Assembly: GCA_001600815.1 (NCBI GenBank)
Contig: BCKZ01000006.1
Location: 186,001 to 250,000 of the forward strand
Source of the DNA: Alloascoidea hylecoeti
Lineage: Eukaryota
Length of the DNA: 64,000 nt
Direction of reading: 5' to 3'
Made by a program: the position numbers and the translations under genes. The stretch's first letter is position 1. Each line of letters starts with the position of its first letter. This document shows positions 51,739 through 63,999 of this stretch, in pieces. A model generated the notes under the pieces. The model had not been told where the DNA came from, made no database searches, and was given only the letters and a program-made list of their open reading frames with translations.

Positions 51739-52359
51739 CCAGGTATATTAGTGTATTATAATATTACAAAATTTCAGGTATTGAAATCATCTCAAAGTGC
51801 TAATGTATTAGGCATACATCCTCTTTGGTGACCTGATTCAATCGAAAGGCAATGAGACAAATTAAGTTACTGTATCCATCGAAGTATCATAATTAACGTT
51901 AACATTATAACTACCCCATTTGACATTTAACCATCGTATATTATAAGGTTCAGATCCAAAACAATTCGTAAGGATACAAATTATACTTTGTTAATCATAT
52001 TTTTATAGCAATCAAAACGTCGGTAGACGTAGTAATATATAATCGTTGATTGATCATAAAACATCAAAAAAACTGTCACTTCTCCCAAAAAGTAAGATCT
52101 ACAATGTTTTCTTTTGATTACTTCCTATTTCGACTCACGCCCATTATACGGGCACAGTAGTATTACTCTAGCTAATGTTGATGTTAACATCGTTGTTCTA
52201 CAATTATATTAGTATGATTACTTTTATTTTAATATTAATCTTTTATACGGAGAGGACAAAATTTAAAGCTAAAATCCATCAAAAAGGTTTTTTTTTCATA
52301 TCGTCAAATATTGTTTATATAATCTAAGTATAAGTACATTGTAATTAAATGCTTTTATT

Positions 52360-54006
52360 TTACAATTTAGATTTGAATTGATCTTCAGTAACACCTTTGC
52401 CCATTGCAGCAGTACTAGTAATACCTCCGGTCACCATTTTTAATAGGTTATCAATATATTCGGCACCAGACCATTTTTGATGTTTGACAACCTCGACATT
52501 GGTATCAATTTCTGGTTGTTGAACAGTTGCACCATAATGTTTCATACCAATTTCACTATATCCCTTTGCAAAGTTATCAACAGCCAAAGCGGTAGTATGT
52601 AAACCAGCTAGAGTGATGAATTGCCAGACATAACCTAATTGTGCGAGACGCTGAATGTAAGTTTTCTGATCATCTGGCGACATAGCTTTTGTCCAGTTAA
52701 ATGATGGAGATAAATTATAAGCAAGCCATTGTTCTGGCCAAACCTTTTTAACACCTTCAGCAAATTCTTTAGCTTGGGCATAATCAGGTAATTTGGATTC
52801 CATCCAAATAAGATCGGCATATGGGGCATAAGCAATTGCACGATTAACAGCGCATTGTGTACCACCTTGGTATCTGTAATATCCCTCTCTAACTCTTGGT
52901 TTCTCCCAATCAAAATAGACATCTTTACCAAGTAAGTTTTTGGCAAATGCACGTGCTTCGTTATTTGATTTATTTGCAGTTGGATACAACTCTTTCTGAA
53001 CAGCCTGGATTAATTGTGATTTGTTGTTATATGAACCTTTATTGATTTCATCGATAATTGCTTCATGGAACAATTTAAGACCAGCCTTTGAGCTCCAGTC
53101 ATCTTCAATCCTTTGAAGAGCATCGCCTTGAAGGCCTTCAAGTTCTGCTTTAACCATAACATCAACCAATGGTGGAAGATCTGGATTTGTTGAACCAATA
53201 ACAAAATAATGATCTCTAAAATCAATAGTAGAAGTAAGTAAAGTTGCAGCTTCGGAATCAGTTCTTGCGACAGCAAGTAAATCACTTCCCAACATATCAG
53301 CAGAAGCTCTAATAGCAACTAATCTATTAATATGCTCTTGAACAGGTACTAAAACTTTACCAGCCATATGACCACATTTCTTTGTACCCGGAGCTTGATC
53401 TTCAATATGAATACCAGCAGCACCACGTTCAATGAATAATTTTGTCAATTTGATGATAGCAGTAAGACCACCATGACCAGTATCTGCATCAGCAATGATT
53501 GGCCTTAAAAAATCAATGTATGGTAATTTAGCACGTTCTTCAGGAGAGAGACTTAATCTTTCTTCACGTTGCTTCCTGTCATGAAATAATTGAGCAAACC
53601 AGAGTTGTTCGGTTTTGTTTGGAACAGTATCGTAAGGATAATCAGCTAAATCAGGAGAAGGTTCATTTGAGGTTGATGCAGTTGAAGATGATTGCCAACC
53701 AGATATGTAAACAGTGTCTAAATATTTGGCCATTTGAGTAACGTGAACGGGATCAAGAGCACCAAAAGTAGCAGAAGCAGTTTTATTTTTATCATGCTCT
53801 GTTAATACACCAAAAAGTTTTTTTGCTTGGTCTGACGAAGGATAATTAATTTTTAAAGTACCACGCTTTTGTGCAATAGCTTCAGCAGTATAGACACGTT
53901 TAGTGTGTTTCCATCTGGGATTGGACCACCATTGCTTTATTTCAGCAACCTCTTTTTCATAGTATTGCTGTTCAGCTTTAAGATCAATCTTTGTGTAGGC
54001 ACCCAT
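52360..54006 (-). CDS. ICL1: Isocitrate lyase with C-terminal PTS1 (SKL)
   Basis: KKCGHMAGK catalytic motif (ICL rather than the KRCGH methylisocitrate lyase type), [19 protein letters not shown]; ends …FKSKL. Confidence 0.98.
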   Translation of the reverse strand: MGAYTKIDLKAEQQYYEKEVAEIKQWWSNPRWKHTKRVYTAEAIAQKRGTLKINYPSSDQAKKLFGVLTEHDKNKTASATFGALDPVHVTQMAKYLDTVYISGWQSSSTASTSNEPSPDLADYPYDTVPNKTEQLWFAQLFHDRKQREERLSLSPEERAKLPYIDFLRPIIADADTGHGGLTAIIKLTKLFIERGAAGIHIEDQAPGTKKCGHMAGKVLVPVQEHINRLVAIRASADMLGSDLLAVARTDSEAATLLTSTIDFRDHYFVIGSTNPDLPPLVDVMVKAELEGLQGDALQRIEDDWSSKAGLKLFHEAIIDEINKGSYNNKSQLIQAVQKELYPTANKSNNEARAFAKNLLGKDVYFDWEKPRVREGYYRYQGGTQCAVNRAIAYAPYADLIWMESKLPDYAQAKEFAEGVKKVWPEQWLAYNLSPSFNWTKAMSPDDQKTYIQRLAQLGYVWQFITLAGLHTTALAVDNFAKGYSEIGMKHYGATVQQPEIDTNVEVVKHQKWSGAEYIDNLLKMVTGGITSTAAMGKGVTEDQFKSKL

Positions 54007-54099
54007 TTTAACTAACTAATATCCTCAAAGGGTTATGGAACTTGAAAGGATCAATTATGTTTAGAAAGAATAAGAAAATAAAATGAGGTGTTTTCGGCA

Positions 54100-54280
54100 G
54101 TTTATATACTTTTCATCGGCCAAGGTTGGGGAACAAAATCCGGGGTAGATGGGCGAGCCTCACAAAAGTTCGGACGCGGCCATCTGCATATATGCCTAAT
54201 ACGGTCACGTGCATATACTAACTGCCGTCCGAAGTGCGGAATCTACATAAACTGGCCAATAAAGGACTGGTAGCGACGGA
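54100..54280 (-). promoter_or_regulatory. ICL1 promoter: TATA, Mig1/CreA-like GC box, E-box, CGG triplets, CCAAT
   Basis: TATATAAA on the minus strand at about 54108-54101, AAAATCCGGGG 54135-54145, CACGTG 54206-54211, CCG-N5-CGG at about 54229, CCAAT at about 54256. Confidence 0.55.
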
Positions 54281-54426
54281 AGCAGTAGGATTTTTACTCA
54301 CACGACACATTGACCTGCATATCTTCACATGCTAACATGGTTATTCAAGTCTAGATGTAAATATTATTATAATTATTCATTGCTTGTATACATAATTGCA
54401 ACTATATCTTATATGATTGTGACTTG

Positions 54427-55347
54427 TTACTGCTTAACTTTGGGGACCTGAAATACATATTCTTTTCTGAGAACACTGACATCATGAAGTGCTGCGTCGT
54501 CCACAAACCACGTAACATACCCCCCATTATTACAAACCGCTTCGTTAATGACACTACATGGGAGACCTTTATCAGGTCGTTCCATGATGTCTTTTACAAT
54601 TTTGGCTTTAACGTTTCCCTCAACCACAAATGTCACACGATTTGCATTTGTCACCACCGGAATTGAAAATGAAATCCGGTTGGGTGCCGCAGCCCCTGCT
54701 GGATGTGAAGAGCTAGGAACCGTAATTGGTAATATCCAAGCATTCGTTTCTCTTAATGACGGGGAATTTGGATGATGAGAAAGCGTATGTCCATCAGGAG
54801 CACAGCCTAATAATATCAAGTCAAACCTCGGTAACTTAACTGAATCTTTGGCTGCAAAACCTTTAATTAGTTCTTTTTCATAATCATTCGCGGCTTTTGC
54901 TGGATTCGATATAGATGATTCATCGATATGAAATATTCTTGGCTGTTGTGATTCTGGGATCTTATCAAATACAAGCCTTTTTGTGATTCCGTATATTGAA
55001 TCTTTAGAGTTAAATGAGACAAGTCTTTCATCTGCAAAATAAATATCCCACTTTGACCAATTAACGTCCTTTCTTGATAATAATCCATCTCTAATAACTG
55101 GTATAAGTGACCCACCTGATAAAGCAATTTTAAATCGTCTTTTTTGTTGTCGTTGAGCTTTCAAAGATCGCCTTTTCAGTAACTTCCCCACTGGCATGTT
55201 CAAATTTAAGTTAGAAAGTGATAATGACGATCGATGAGTATGCATGTTATTTAATGCAGCGTTTTGAACAGCGACAATATGGTCTGCTAGTGCTTCCGAT
55301 ACTAGATGTGTTTTCGGAAAAGAATATATTGTTGGTACAGAGGTCAT
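54427..55347 (-). CDS. SOL1: 6-phosphogluconolactonase-like protein (Sol1/Sol2 type)
   Basis: RRFKIALSGGSL, WDIYFADERLV, FAAKDSVKLPRFDLILLGCAPDGH, ERPDKGLPCS.INE; Sol1/2-type N-terminal insertion. Confidence 0.85.
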   Translation of the reverse strand: MTSVPTIYSFPKTHLVSEALADHIVAVQNAALNNMHTHRSSLSLSNLNLNMPVGKLLKRRSLKAQRQQKRRFKIALSGGSLIPVIRDGLLSRKDVNWSKWDIYFADERLVSFNSKDSIYGITKRLVFDKIPESQQPRIFHIDESSISNPAKAANDYEKELIKGFAAKDSVKLPRFDLILLGCAPDGHTLSHHPNSPSLRETNAWILPITVPSSSHPAGAAAPNRISFSIPVVTNANRVTFVVEGNVKAKIVKDIMERPDKGLPCSVINEAVCNNGGYVTWFVDDAALHDVSVLRKEYVFQVPKVKQ

Positions 55348-58099
55348 TATTGTATTTTATATTAGTGTAACAAATATTAGGATGGAATATTAATAAAAGA
55401 TGGTGTCAACATTTTTTAGAAATTGATTGGACATGAGAACATATAAATACTTTTAATGATCTGCCCTTAAATGCTCGTAACGCCACGTTAATAATATTAA
55501 TAACGACAAAATTTGTAAAATGTACCCCAAAAACAATTCTAAATGCTTAATTATAGATTTTTGAAAAGCCTTTAAGAGGTTATATTACTACATAAGGCAC
55601 TCTTTTGATATTAACTTGTACATAAATATAGAAATGGAGTAATCCTTGCTGATCTCAGACAAAGTTCTTAAGGGCTTTATATTCTAAGATTAATATTTAT
55701 ATTGTTATTATTTGAATGTTTGACATCTTCATGAGCTTAAGCTTTAAAATTCCCTTTGTTTGTTTTGATGATGTCACACAAGAATATTTACATAGTATTA
55801 CTCCACATTTTATTGAGGCCAAGTCACAGGAATTTTATAGCTAGCTAATTCATCCCTTTTAACAAAGTACTTCTTCGTTATCATATGCCATATACTTTGA
55901 AAAGATAAGAAGTTCATTTCATCAAGATCTTTCCGAATTAGTAATTGCCGATCTCTAGTTTCTAGTTATTTACGATAATCCATTTTTGGAATCATTGCGA
56001 TCGATATCCAGCTATTAATATTTCACACCTACCAAGTTTCTACGCTTATCCCTTATAATTAATCTCCAAGACGAAAGGACAAAAAATAATAAAAAAACGA
56101 AATATGATTTAATTGCAACTTCAAGTTAGAATCATTTCCGATCTAAAACTGCATTTCAAATTACTAGGTTAAAAGTCTTGAATTATAAAGAAGATGAGGT
56201 GATGAACTATTAAAATCTATTACAAAATAAAGTCATTGAAACTCTAAAAGAATTTCCGGGGGTGTAGGCTGTGTACTACAATGTGTGAAAAAAAGCCAAA
56301 TCTATAACTAATGGCCATGGTTATGCTTAACTTAATGGTAATTAGTTATATGGAGGTGTAACATGTGCTGCATAAGCCACAGGCTTGGAATGAAGCTTCA
56401 GTGACTTTAGTCGTTGCCCTGTATGTTTTCTTCTGTAGGGATATTTCTATTATAATTATATTATGGAACATCCGGAATGAATATGGTTCTAACTTAAAAA
56501 TAGGTCTTAGAAAAGATACCCCAACTTTTACTCCAATATTAATGGTTTAAAAATCTGCATTGTCGATATTCATCAAAAATTTAATATACAATACTATAAA
56601 AGTTAAATATTACAGATTGGCTAGTGTTATATATCAATTACGATTGCAACACTTTATCATTAATCACTCCTGAATCATTATATTTATAGGTTCTAAAGAA
56701 TTAAATTAATGTGCCTTTTTAAAGATTAGTGGGCTCATTGTAATACCTAAGGCAATTGCAACACATACATAATTATGAGATCTTATAAGCTTAGTGTGTA
56801 GATACTAGATAGTAATAGCCTATATAAAAGATAATAATCGATACCGTTGCCTGATGGCTTAATAATAATCCTCAAATCAATTTGGGCTTGAGTGAGAGCT
56901 ACTTGGAAGTTGGAACTGCTATGTATGTATACGTGCACTCGTATTAATACTAATTTGGGGCTCGACATTCTAAGCGCTAGCTGTTATGGAACTTGTAAGA
57001 TTCATATATATATCATTATATGTATCTTGCAGTTAACATTGTTCTCTGCTAACCGTTTCAAGCATTCTATAAGTTTATAGCTAATAATGTATGTTTCAAC
57101 TCAAATACGAGCTTAAAGCTAAGAATTATGAAGTGATATCCATGAATCCGGCTAACTGACTTTTATTTTGTGACCTTATAACCGATCCTTAGACATAATT
57201 AATACAGAAGCTGCGTATGTATAACTTGTACGTATACGTAGTACAAGAAATGTTTAAATAATTAGAATGTAAAGAAACTCATCGATATTTCAGGAGAAAT
57301 ATATTTATCAAATGGATATCTAGCTAGACTTGATATAAATTTAAAAATAGAATACCTCCCCTTAAATCTAATAGCTTGAAATTGATCAGACTTCTAAATT
57401 ATAATTACACTAGGCTATGATCATATAAGTTATAAATTATATGATATTTCTTCACGACAATATAAGGCTATAACCCTTATAGTATCAGTCCGATAACTTT
57501 AAGTTTAAGCTTAAGACAACTGATATCTGATAACGGCGAGAAACAACGTTAACCTTGGATATAAGTTATAATTTATATTCTACGGAGCCTGAAACCTTTA
57601 TCATTCACCATAATCACACCTAAAGTGACCTAACATACTATTTATGGTGGGGTTAATGTCTCACACACATTCAAGCCGTTTATATAATAAGTTTCTATTT
57701 ATGGTTATACAGCCGATTTATGTGCAATGTGTTGGAATAAACGCCATATGCAAACACTTAATATTAATAGATATATATGACCTTAAGCTTAATAATAAGG
57801 CGACTGTCATGATTGAGGATGTGCTTCTAGTGAGCCCATTAGCAAAAGTTTTGGAAAATAACTGAGGATATGTGATAATAGATTAGCTAATTTTTTGGAA
57901 ATTAAATGAGATAGTAACACAATTTATTTAATGATGCTTATAGAACTAGAGTTATCTAGGAAACAATATAGTGATTTGTATGATAATAATTTGGCATATA
58001 TGACTTAGCGATTCTACTTACAGAACTTTTGTGATTCTTAGAATATTCATAATCAGATACCTCAGAACAAAAATTAGTTATTAGTTTAAAAGATAATCA

Positions 58100-60164
58100 G
58101 CAATTCATCTAAAACATATTTGACGATTATCCCTAAAAGTATTTAGTAAATTATATCAGCTAATCAAAGTACACACAAAGCTTTCTTTTAATCTGGAGAC
58201 AAATATGATAGAAGAACATTAATCATTTATATGCACCTTCCATTAGTCTAGCTCAAGGTATTTCTCAAATCTATGTGAAGATTCATGGTGATACTGTTCA
58301 ACTTGGAATAAACTAGATTCAGCAAAAAAAAAAAAAAAAATAGAAAAATAAAAAAACGCAATAGGATAAGTTCTTCGAAAAGAATAGCAATTTTTGATAT
58401 GCCAGCAAATATAATTCCAGCGACTATCTATCTTCAGGCTATTCCTTTCTACCTTTCAAAGGACTTACCAAGGAAAACATCTACAGGATAGCTGATAGTT
58501 TGGTACAGTTTTACCGCGGTATTTGAGAACTTATAGATGTTTAGTAGGATATGAATGTACATATATGATGATCTCTTAACTTTCTGGGGGTTACGGATAG
58601 ATCATCAACAAAATATTGATGTTTGTGAATAGGGGCCACTCTATAGGTCATGATTGTAATTCATTCTAGTTTGCGATCCAGTTCATCGGCTAATGGTTTC
58701 ATACTGATTACAAATAGAATACCTGATAGTAGGTTTCCTTGGCGAACACCATTATTAAACGGAAAAGATCCACCCAAGGCACCACTTATCTCAATTAGAC
58801 CACCATTCCGTTGTTTTATTAAGGTCATTATCATAGATTCAACCACTTTACTTCCTTACATTACTTTATCAAAGGTATTTTTTTTTTAAATTAGACTACT
58901 AATTCTGAGTTTTAGAAAAAATGTGCCTTCTGGCCCCAGAATGAAGATCTTAAGAAAGAAGAATACAACGGAGTCCCTCTGAAATGCTGACCCAGTGGAA
59001 GTTCATCTAGGAAGTTTCCCCCGGCTATTACCTGTTGATTTTAAGTTACTGCTTTTCTAACCTTTGAAACTTCTGTAAAGATTATTATTTAGCAGAATCT
59101 CTCCAAATTTTACGGTCATATCTAGCAGAAAGCACCGTTCCCCGTCCGATCAACAGTAGTTAATATATAAGCTACTAAGAGCCACATCGAGTAATACAGT
59201 GGGAGGCCATACGTGAAACTGTGGTGCTGTAACCTATCCACCTGTGTTTGTAAATATAAAGCAGACAATTATGAAACAACTCTAAAATTTCCCTTGTATC
59301 CCAGAGGATCACGAGAGCTAAGTCAAACCAATAAAAGATGGAACGTATACTTGAAAACCTTCAATGAACCATTTGGTAATGGGAAAAAATGGGTCAACCA
59401 CTGGATCTTGATAAGATTATAGAACCAGTCCTAGAAGAAATATTAACTCGTATAAAAACAAACATAAATGAAAAGATAGAAGAGAGATGTTTTCAAAGGG
59501 CATCAAAAAATTACTACTCAAATAACAATAAACCAATTATCCCAAAATGACCTGATAACATTATTAAACCAAGTGCTAAATTGGAATGGAAAAACTCTGG
59601 TGGAAAATCCTTCAAACATCAATAATAAAAAAACCAGGTGGTGTCTATTTCCTACATAGACTAAATTTAAGAAATTATACCCATCACTGGGCTCAAATAT
59701 CCACTATTGAAGATGAAAATAACCCAAGTTTCAAGGAAAATGGAAGAATAAACCAATGCATATTATGTCTGAAACCAAATGTAGAAATCAAGGAGTACAT
59801 ATTCAATCAATGTAGACTAAAGACAATAATATTTGAACATTTTATGGGAAAAGATTATCAACTAAATGAAATGATTTGTGATGCTACAAGAAACACAAAT
59901 GAATTAATTCAAATCAACAATACAGGAGAAGCCATTAGAAACCAGAAAAACCGAATAAGAAAACAACAACATTAGAATCAATAGACAAAGGACTTTTAAC
60001 TGCAGTGGAAGCTGTCAATAATCAGTACTTGTGAGCATACAAATTTATGACATATTTTTAAATATTTATTTCAATCAACAAAATTAACTTTCTATAAATC
60101 AAATTTAATAGTCTAGGTTAAAGAGTTATACTTTTAATATAAAATAATGTATCTAAAAAAAAAA
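58100..60164. mobile_element. Degenerate L1-clade LINE: RT on minus strand (about 59120-58100), C-terminus and poly(A) on plus strand (about 59200-60164)
   Basis: Minus strand: LLNNNLYR, TFDKV, GVRQGNLLSGILF, QYFVDDLS, EKYLEL. Plus strand: LWWKI…CILCLKP…YIFNQC, then ATCT plus A10 at 60155-60164. Confidence 0.85.
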
Positions 60165-61083
60165 GAAGTGTTTGAGTTGCATAGTTGAGAAATAGGGACA
60201 CTTTTGTGTGAGTAAAAAGTTATGGTTGCAATTCGGCTTACTGTATTGATATGTATGCATACATATCAATGCTCCGATATTTCCCCATAGGGTAGTAGGT
60301 ATATTTGCATGTTATTTTTAGATATGCATACCAGAATTTCAGGGGAAAAAATTGTCTTGCCTCTCCTACTCTTACTTGTTTCATTTTGATTTCCAAGAGC
60401 TCTGTATGTTTAAGGGTGACAATTTAGCTAATTTTGAGGCTCTCACAGAGAATTCTCCATCCAGCATAGCATAAGTCTAAGCATATTGTACGTTTTAAAA
60501 ATTCCTGCTACTAAAAGATCTAGTTTTTGATAAAATTCTCTCAAAGTCAATAATACAGACCTACACGTATATAAAAACACAAAATAGCTTTATGAAGAAA
60601 GAATAGGTTGAGAAGACTTTAAAAATGGATCAGAGTGATAGATAACCTGCAGAAATGATTCTATGATTGGAATTGGATATAATTTTATAAAACTTATTGA
60701 GCTTAATTTAAAGTTTATTAATACTTTATTTACGGTATACTTATAAAGAGAAACGGAGTATAATTATAAGAAAATAAAATTAAAATCACATAACCGAAAT
60801 ATCTAGAAAAAAATAAACAAGACAAAATAAGAATTAGACAGTTGAAATGAAAAATAAAGGAAATAACAACAATAACAAATAACAAAATTAAGATTGAACA
60901 AATCGTAGCGCTGAAACTTATAAAATCACAAAAATGTTAGATTCGTTCAAATTTAAACAAAACAGAGTCATTATATATGGGAGAGAAATGATATAATGGT
61001 ATTAACGTTAGATGAAGAGGACCTCCAATCCCAGATTGAAGAGAACAAAAGGAAAATGCATAATATTTTTTTATTTTTTGGAC

Positions 61084-63999
61084 TCACTGATCTTGGGTAG
61101 GTATCTCATTATCAACTAAAAGTTGTATCCATGGTTGTCTAGATCTAATGGCATTTTGTCCGACTACTTTTTGTAAAGCCTGAACCCATTCCATCTTCTC
61201 TTCTAAATTATCTGCAGTAAAATCTATTATTTCACCGTTTAAAAATTTAACTTTAAATTGTTCTGCTCTTTGTCCAGTTTCAATGTCATCTGAAGAGTTT
61301 ATTATTTTCACAGCTTTAGATAAATTAATATTGGCTCTTGGTTTCATATTAGATTCATTATGAGCAATAAAATCAAGATCCTTTAATTTAAAATATCTTC
61401 GTTTCCAATAACGACAGTCTCCACCTTGCTGTGATAAGTAGCCCTCTAGTTTGACCGACCTCAAATTTTTCAGCATCCGAGCTTCTTCCATAGCCATCTT
61501 GATACTTCTAGGTAAAGTTTCAGTTTCTGAGGTTCTTGGAATAAATAACATTGTAACCTCCAACTTCGCAATTCGGTATGGTTCACGTTTTGTGTAGACA
61601 CCATCATTATTTCTATTTTTAGCCCACTCATTAAAACATGAAATTTCAAAAGCAGCAACTTTACAATTAACATCATTTTCATATTTAGCAAAATCGACAT
61701 AAGAACGAGCAAAAGATCCATCACGCGCCATTAAATGTTCCCATGGATCGTTTACTTTTTGAATTTTCTTAATGATTTTAGTTGCCTGTTGTTGCTGTTT
61801 TTGTAGTTTCTTTTTTTTTGAATTTTGGAAAAATCTTGCCAAACCTTTTCCTGGGTTGTGCTTATGAGCAGGTTTATGATTAGTAATGATTTGCTCTTTC
61901 TCTAGAACTTCAATTGTTTGGGTTCGAGGCGTATATGCTGCTTTCATAGTTAAAATGAATTCCAAGCTATCTTGAACAGTTAATTCAAATTCTTGATTAA
62001 TGGAAGAATCTTTTCCTAGAGCCATTTGTGATGTATTAATACAATGAATACCGTTATCCAAAATTAGATAGAATTTAGCATCATGTTCTGGAATATCTGG
62101 TAAATCAATATTCTTAATGCTTCCAATACGAACATATAGCCTACCACGTTCTTTAACCGGCATCCTTTCAGCATTAGATGACACCATTGACTTATTTGAT
62201 TTTTGCTCTTTTAGATCTGGGGTTGAAGCAGTCTTGGGTGGGACGGAAGCAGGTGCAGTTTTAGCTGGCTTGATTTCAAGTTCAGCGGCCTCAATTTCAG
62301 AATCTTCAGAACCTCTAGCGATTTTGAACTCAACAGGATCAGATAAAAGTGTTTCTAATGTCATTCCATGAGCGTTTTTATAAGATCCACCATCTATTAA
62401 TAATGAGCTATGTTTTGTGACTCTATCTCTTTCATTGGGACCACGTTTCTTAACAATAACAGTTTGAGTAGAAAATTGGCTTGCATCACTTTGTCTTGAA
62501 TGATCAAAGGCACTTGGAGGTTCTAAACCAGCAATCAACGAAGCTCTAATCTTTGGTGGAATAGCACTTGGTAAATTAAACCCATCTTTAGAAGGTATTA
62601 AAGATGTAGAAGCTTCTTGCGGGCTACGAAGTGCCTTCTCGATCTCTTGACGTTCACTAGGTGTTAATTTTGTAGTGGTTGAATTTCCCATACCGGAATC
62701 TGCGATACCTTCACGGTTTCTTGTATACAATTCATGACTACTAGATCTTCTGGATCTTTTAATTGATGCTTCACTTGTGCGGGATTTATATGCCTTTGCA
62801 ATAATTACTGTTTTATCCTCTCTTAAGGCGTATCCTCGCTGTTGAACTGACATGATTTTATCAAATTCCAAGTCCATATGACCAAAGAAATCACTACTAT
62901 CTTCCTCTTCAAAGCTTGGTAAGTCTAATAATGGTACAGGATCACTTTGAATATCTGCAAGAATTGCACTACCTAGTCCAATACTATCTTCAAACTCGGA
63001 ACCAAAAGTAGTATCACCTCCAAATTCACCTGAAACTTCAGCGGCTTGTTCAAGAGCATGTGCATGTTTATCAACCAAAGCACTACTAACCTTTTTCGAT
63101 AACTCATTTGATTTCCATTGTGTTACCTCATCACTTACTTTTCTTCTAGTAACTGAAATCTTCCTAACTTCACTAGGAGTAATACTTGGTCTTAATCTGC
63201 TTGACCCTTTAGTTGCATTAGCTAATCTAAGAGTAGGTGGTGCCATAGAGCCAAAAGATTTAGCTTCACTCTTTATTTTTGGAGAATTATTATTCCAGAT
63301 ATCGCTAACTTCAGATGATAAACTGGAAGAGCTTTTAGGCATATTATCTCTTAACCCAAGAGATGGAGGTGCTAAATCTAAGGCATCAGATTCCATTGAA
63401 TTTTCATTCGGACCAAAATCAATTCCTAAAGATTTGAATTCGTTTGTGAATGTAGCTAAAGGATCCCCTTCCTCATGATCAAAACCAGGTAAGGATAAAT
63501 CTAGGTGTGAAAAAGGCAATGATGTACGCTGCTTTGGTTCATCATCATCATCATCATCATCATCGTCGTCATCATCATCATCATCATCATCGTCATTATC
63601 TTTGCCTTCTTCTTCGTCTTCATCATCAACCCATCCGTGTTCGTCTTCTTCTTCTTCTTCTTCTTCTTCTTCTTCTTCTTCTTTTTCTTCTTCTTTTTCT
63701 TCTCCCCCCTCCTCTTCCTCTTCATGAACTTTCTGTTGCTCACTTTCAGTATCACTACCATGATGTATATCCGAAGCTTCTTTCAAAATCTCAGCTTCAT
63801 CATAAATTCCAGGTTTATTATGAGAATCTTGTTTATATGGAACAGGAATATCATCTTCATAATTACTACTAATATCTGAGACATCATCAATACTATTATC
63901 ATTTTTACTAAAATAATGATTATCATTTGCTGGATATTCTTTCTTAGCCTCTAATAAAAGTTGTTCTTCCAAAAATAAAGAATCATTAAAAGATTTATC
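61084..63999 (-). CDS. BUD4: Anillin-like bud-site selection protein Bud4/Int1, 5'-truncated by the window edge
   Basis: ERGRLYV, LDNGIHCI.T, INQEFELTV…LEFILTMK, LMARDGSFARSYVDF (anillin-homology region). C-terminal PH domain EGYLSQQGGDC.YWKRRYFKL. The frame is open to the window end. Confidence 0.92.
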   Translation of the reverse strand, partial: DKSFNDSLFLEEQLLLEAKKEYPANDNHYFSKNDNSIDDVSDISSNYEDDIPVPYKQDSHNKPGIYDEAEILKEASDIHHGSDTESEQQKVHEEEEEGGEEKEEEKEEEEEEEEEEEEDEHGWVDDEDEEEGKDNDDDDDDDDDDDDDDDDDDEPKQRTSLPFSHLDLSLPGFDHEEGDPLATFTNEFKSLGIDFGPNENSMESDALDLAPPSLGLRDNMPKSSSSLSSEVSDIWNNNSPKIKSEAKSFGSMAPPTLRLANATKGSSRLRPSITPSEVRKISVTRRKVSDEVTQWKSNELSKKVSSALVDKHAHALEQAAEVSGEFGGDTTFGSEFEDSIGLGSAILADIQSDPVPLLDLPSFEEEDSSDFFGHMDLEFDKIMSVQQRGYALREDKTVIIAKAYKSRTSEASIKRSRRSSSHELYTRNREGIADSGMGNSTTTKLTPSERQEIEKALRSPQEASTSLIPSKDGFNLPSAIPPKIRASLIAGLEPPSAFDHSRQSDASQFSTQTVIVKKRGPNERDRVTKHSSLLIDGGSYKNAHGMTLETLLSDPVEFKIARGSEDSEIEAAELEIKPAKTAPASVPPKTASTPDLKEQKSNKSMVSSNAERMPVKERGRLYVRIGSIKNIDLPDIPEHDAKFYLILDNGIHCINTSQMALGKDSSINQEFELTVQDSLEFILTMKAAYTPRTQTIEVLEKEQIITNHKPAHKHNPGKGLARFFQNSKKKKLQKQQQQATKIIKKIQKVNDPWEHLMARDGSFARSYVDFAKYENDVNCKVAAFEISCFNEWAKNRNNDGVYTKREPYRIAKLEVTMLFIPRTSETETLPRSIKMAMEEARMLKNLRSVKLEGYLSQQGGDCRYWKRRYFKLKDLDFIAHNESNMKPRANINLSKAVKIINSSDDIETGQRAEQFKVKFLNGEIIDFTADNLEEKMEWVQALQKVVGQNAIRSRQPWIQLLVDNEIPTQDQ
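63538..63723 (-). repeat. Coding trinucleotide tracts (poly-Asp, poly-Glu) in BUD4
   Basis: (TCA)n and (TTC)n runs on the plus strand. Confidence 0.9.

Noticed and set aside
52635..53318. Same-strand alternate-frame ORFs inside ICL1 (similar cases in GLN1)
   Set aside because: By-products of codon bias in highly expressed genes.
63501..63879. Poly-K, poly-H/L and poly-F ORFs
   Set aside because: Alternate-frame and antisense shadows of the BUD4 acidic repeats.
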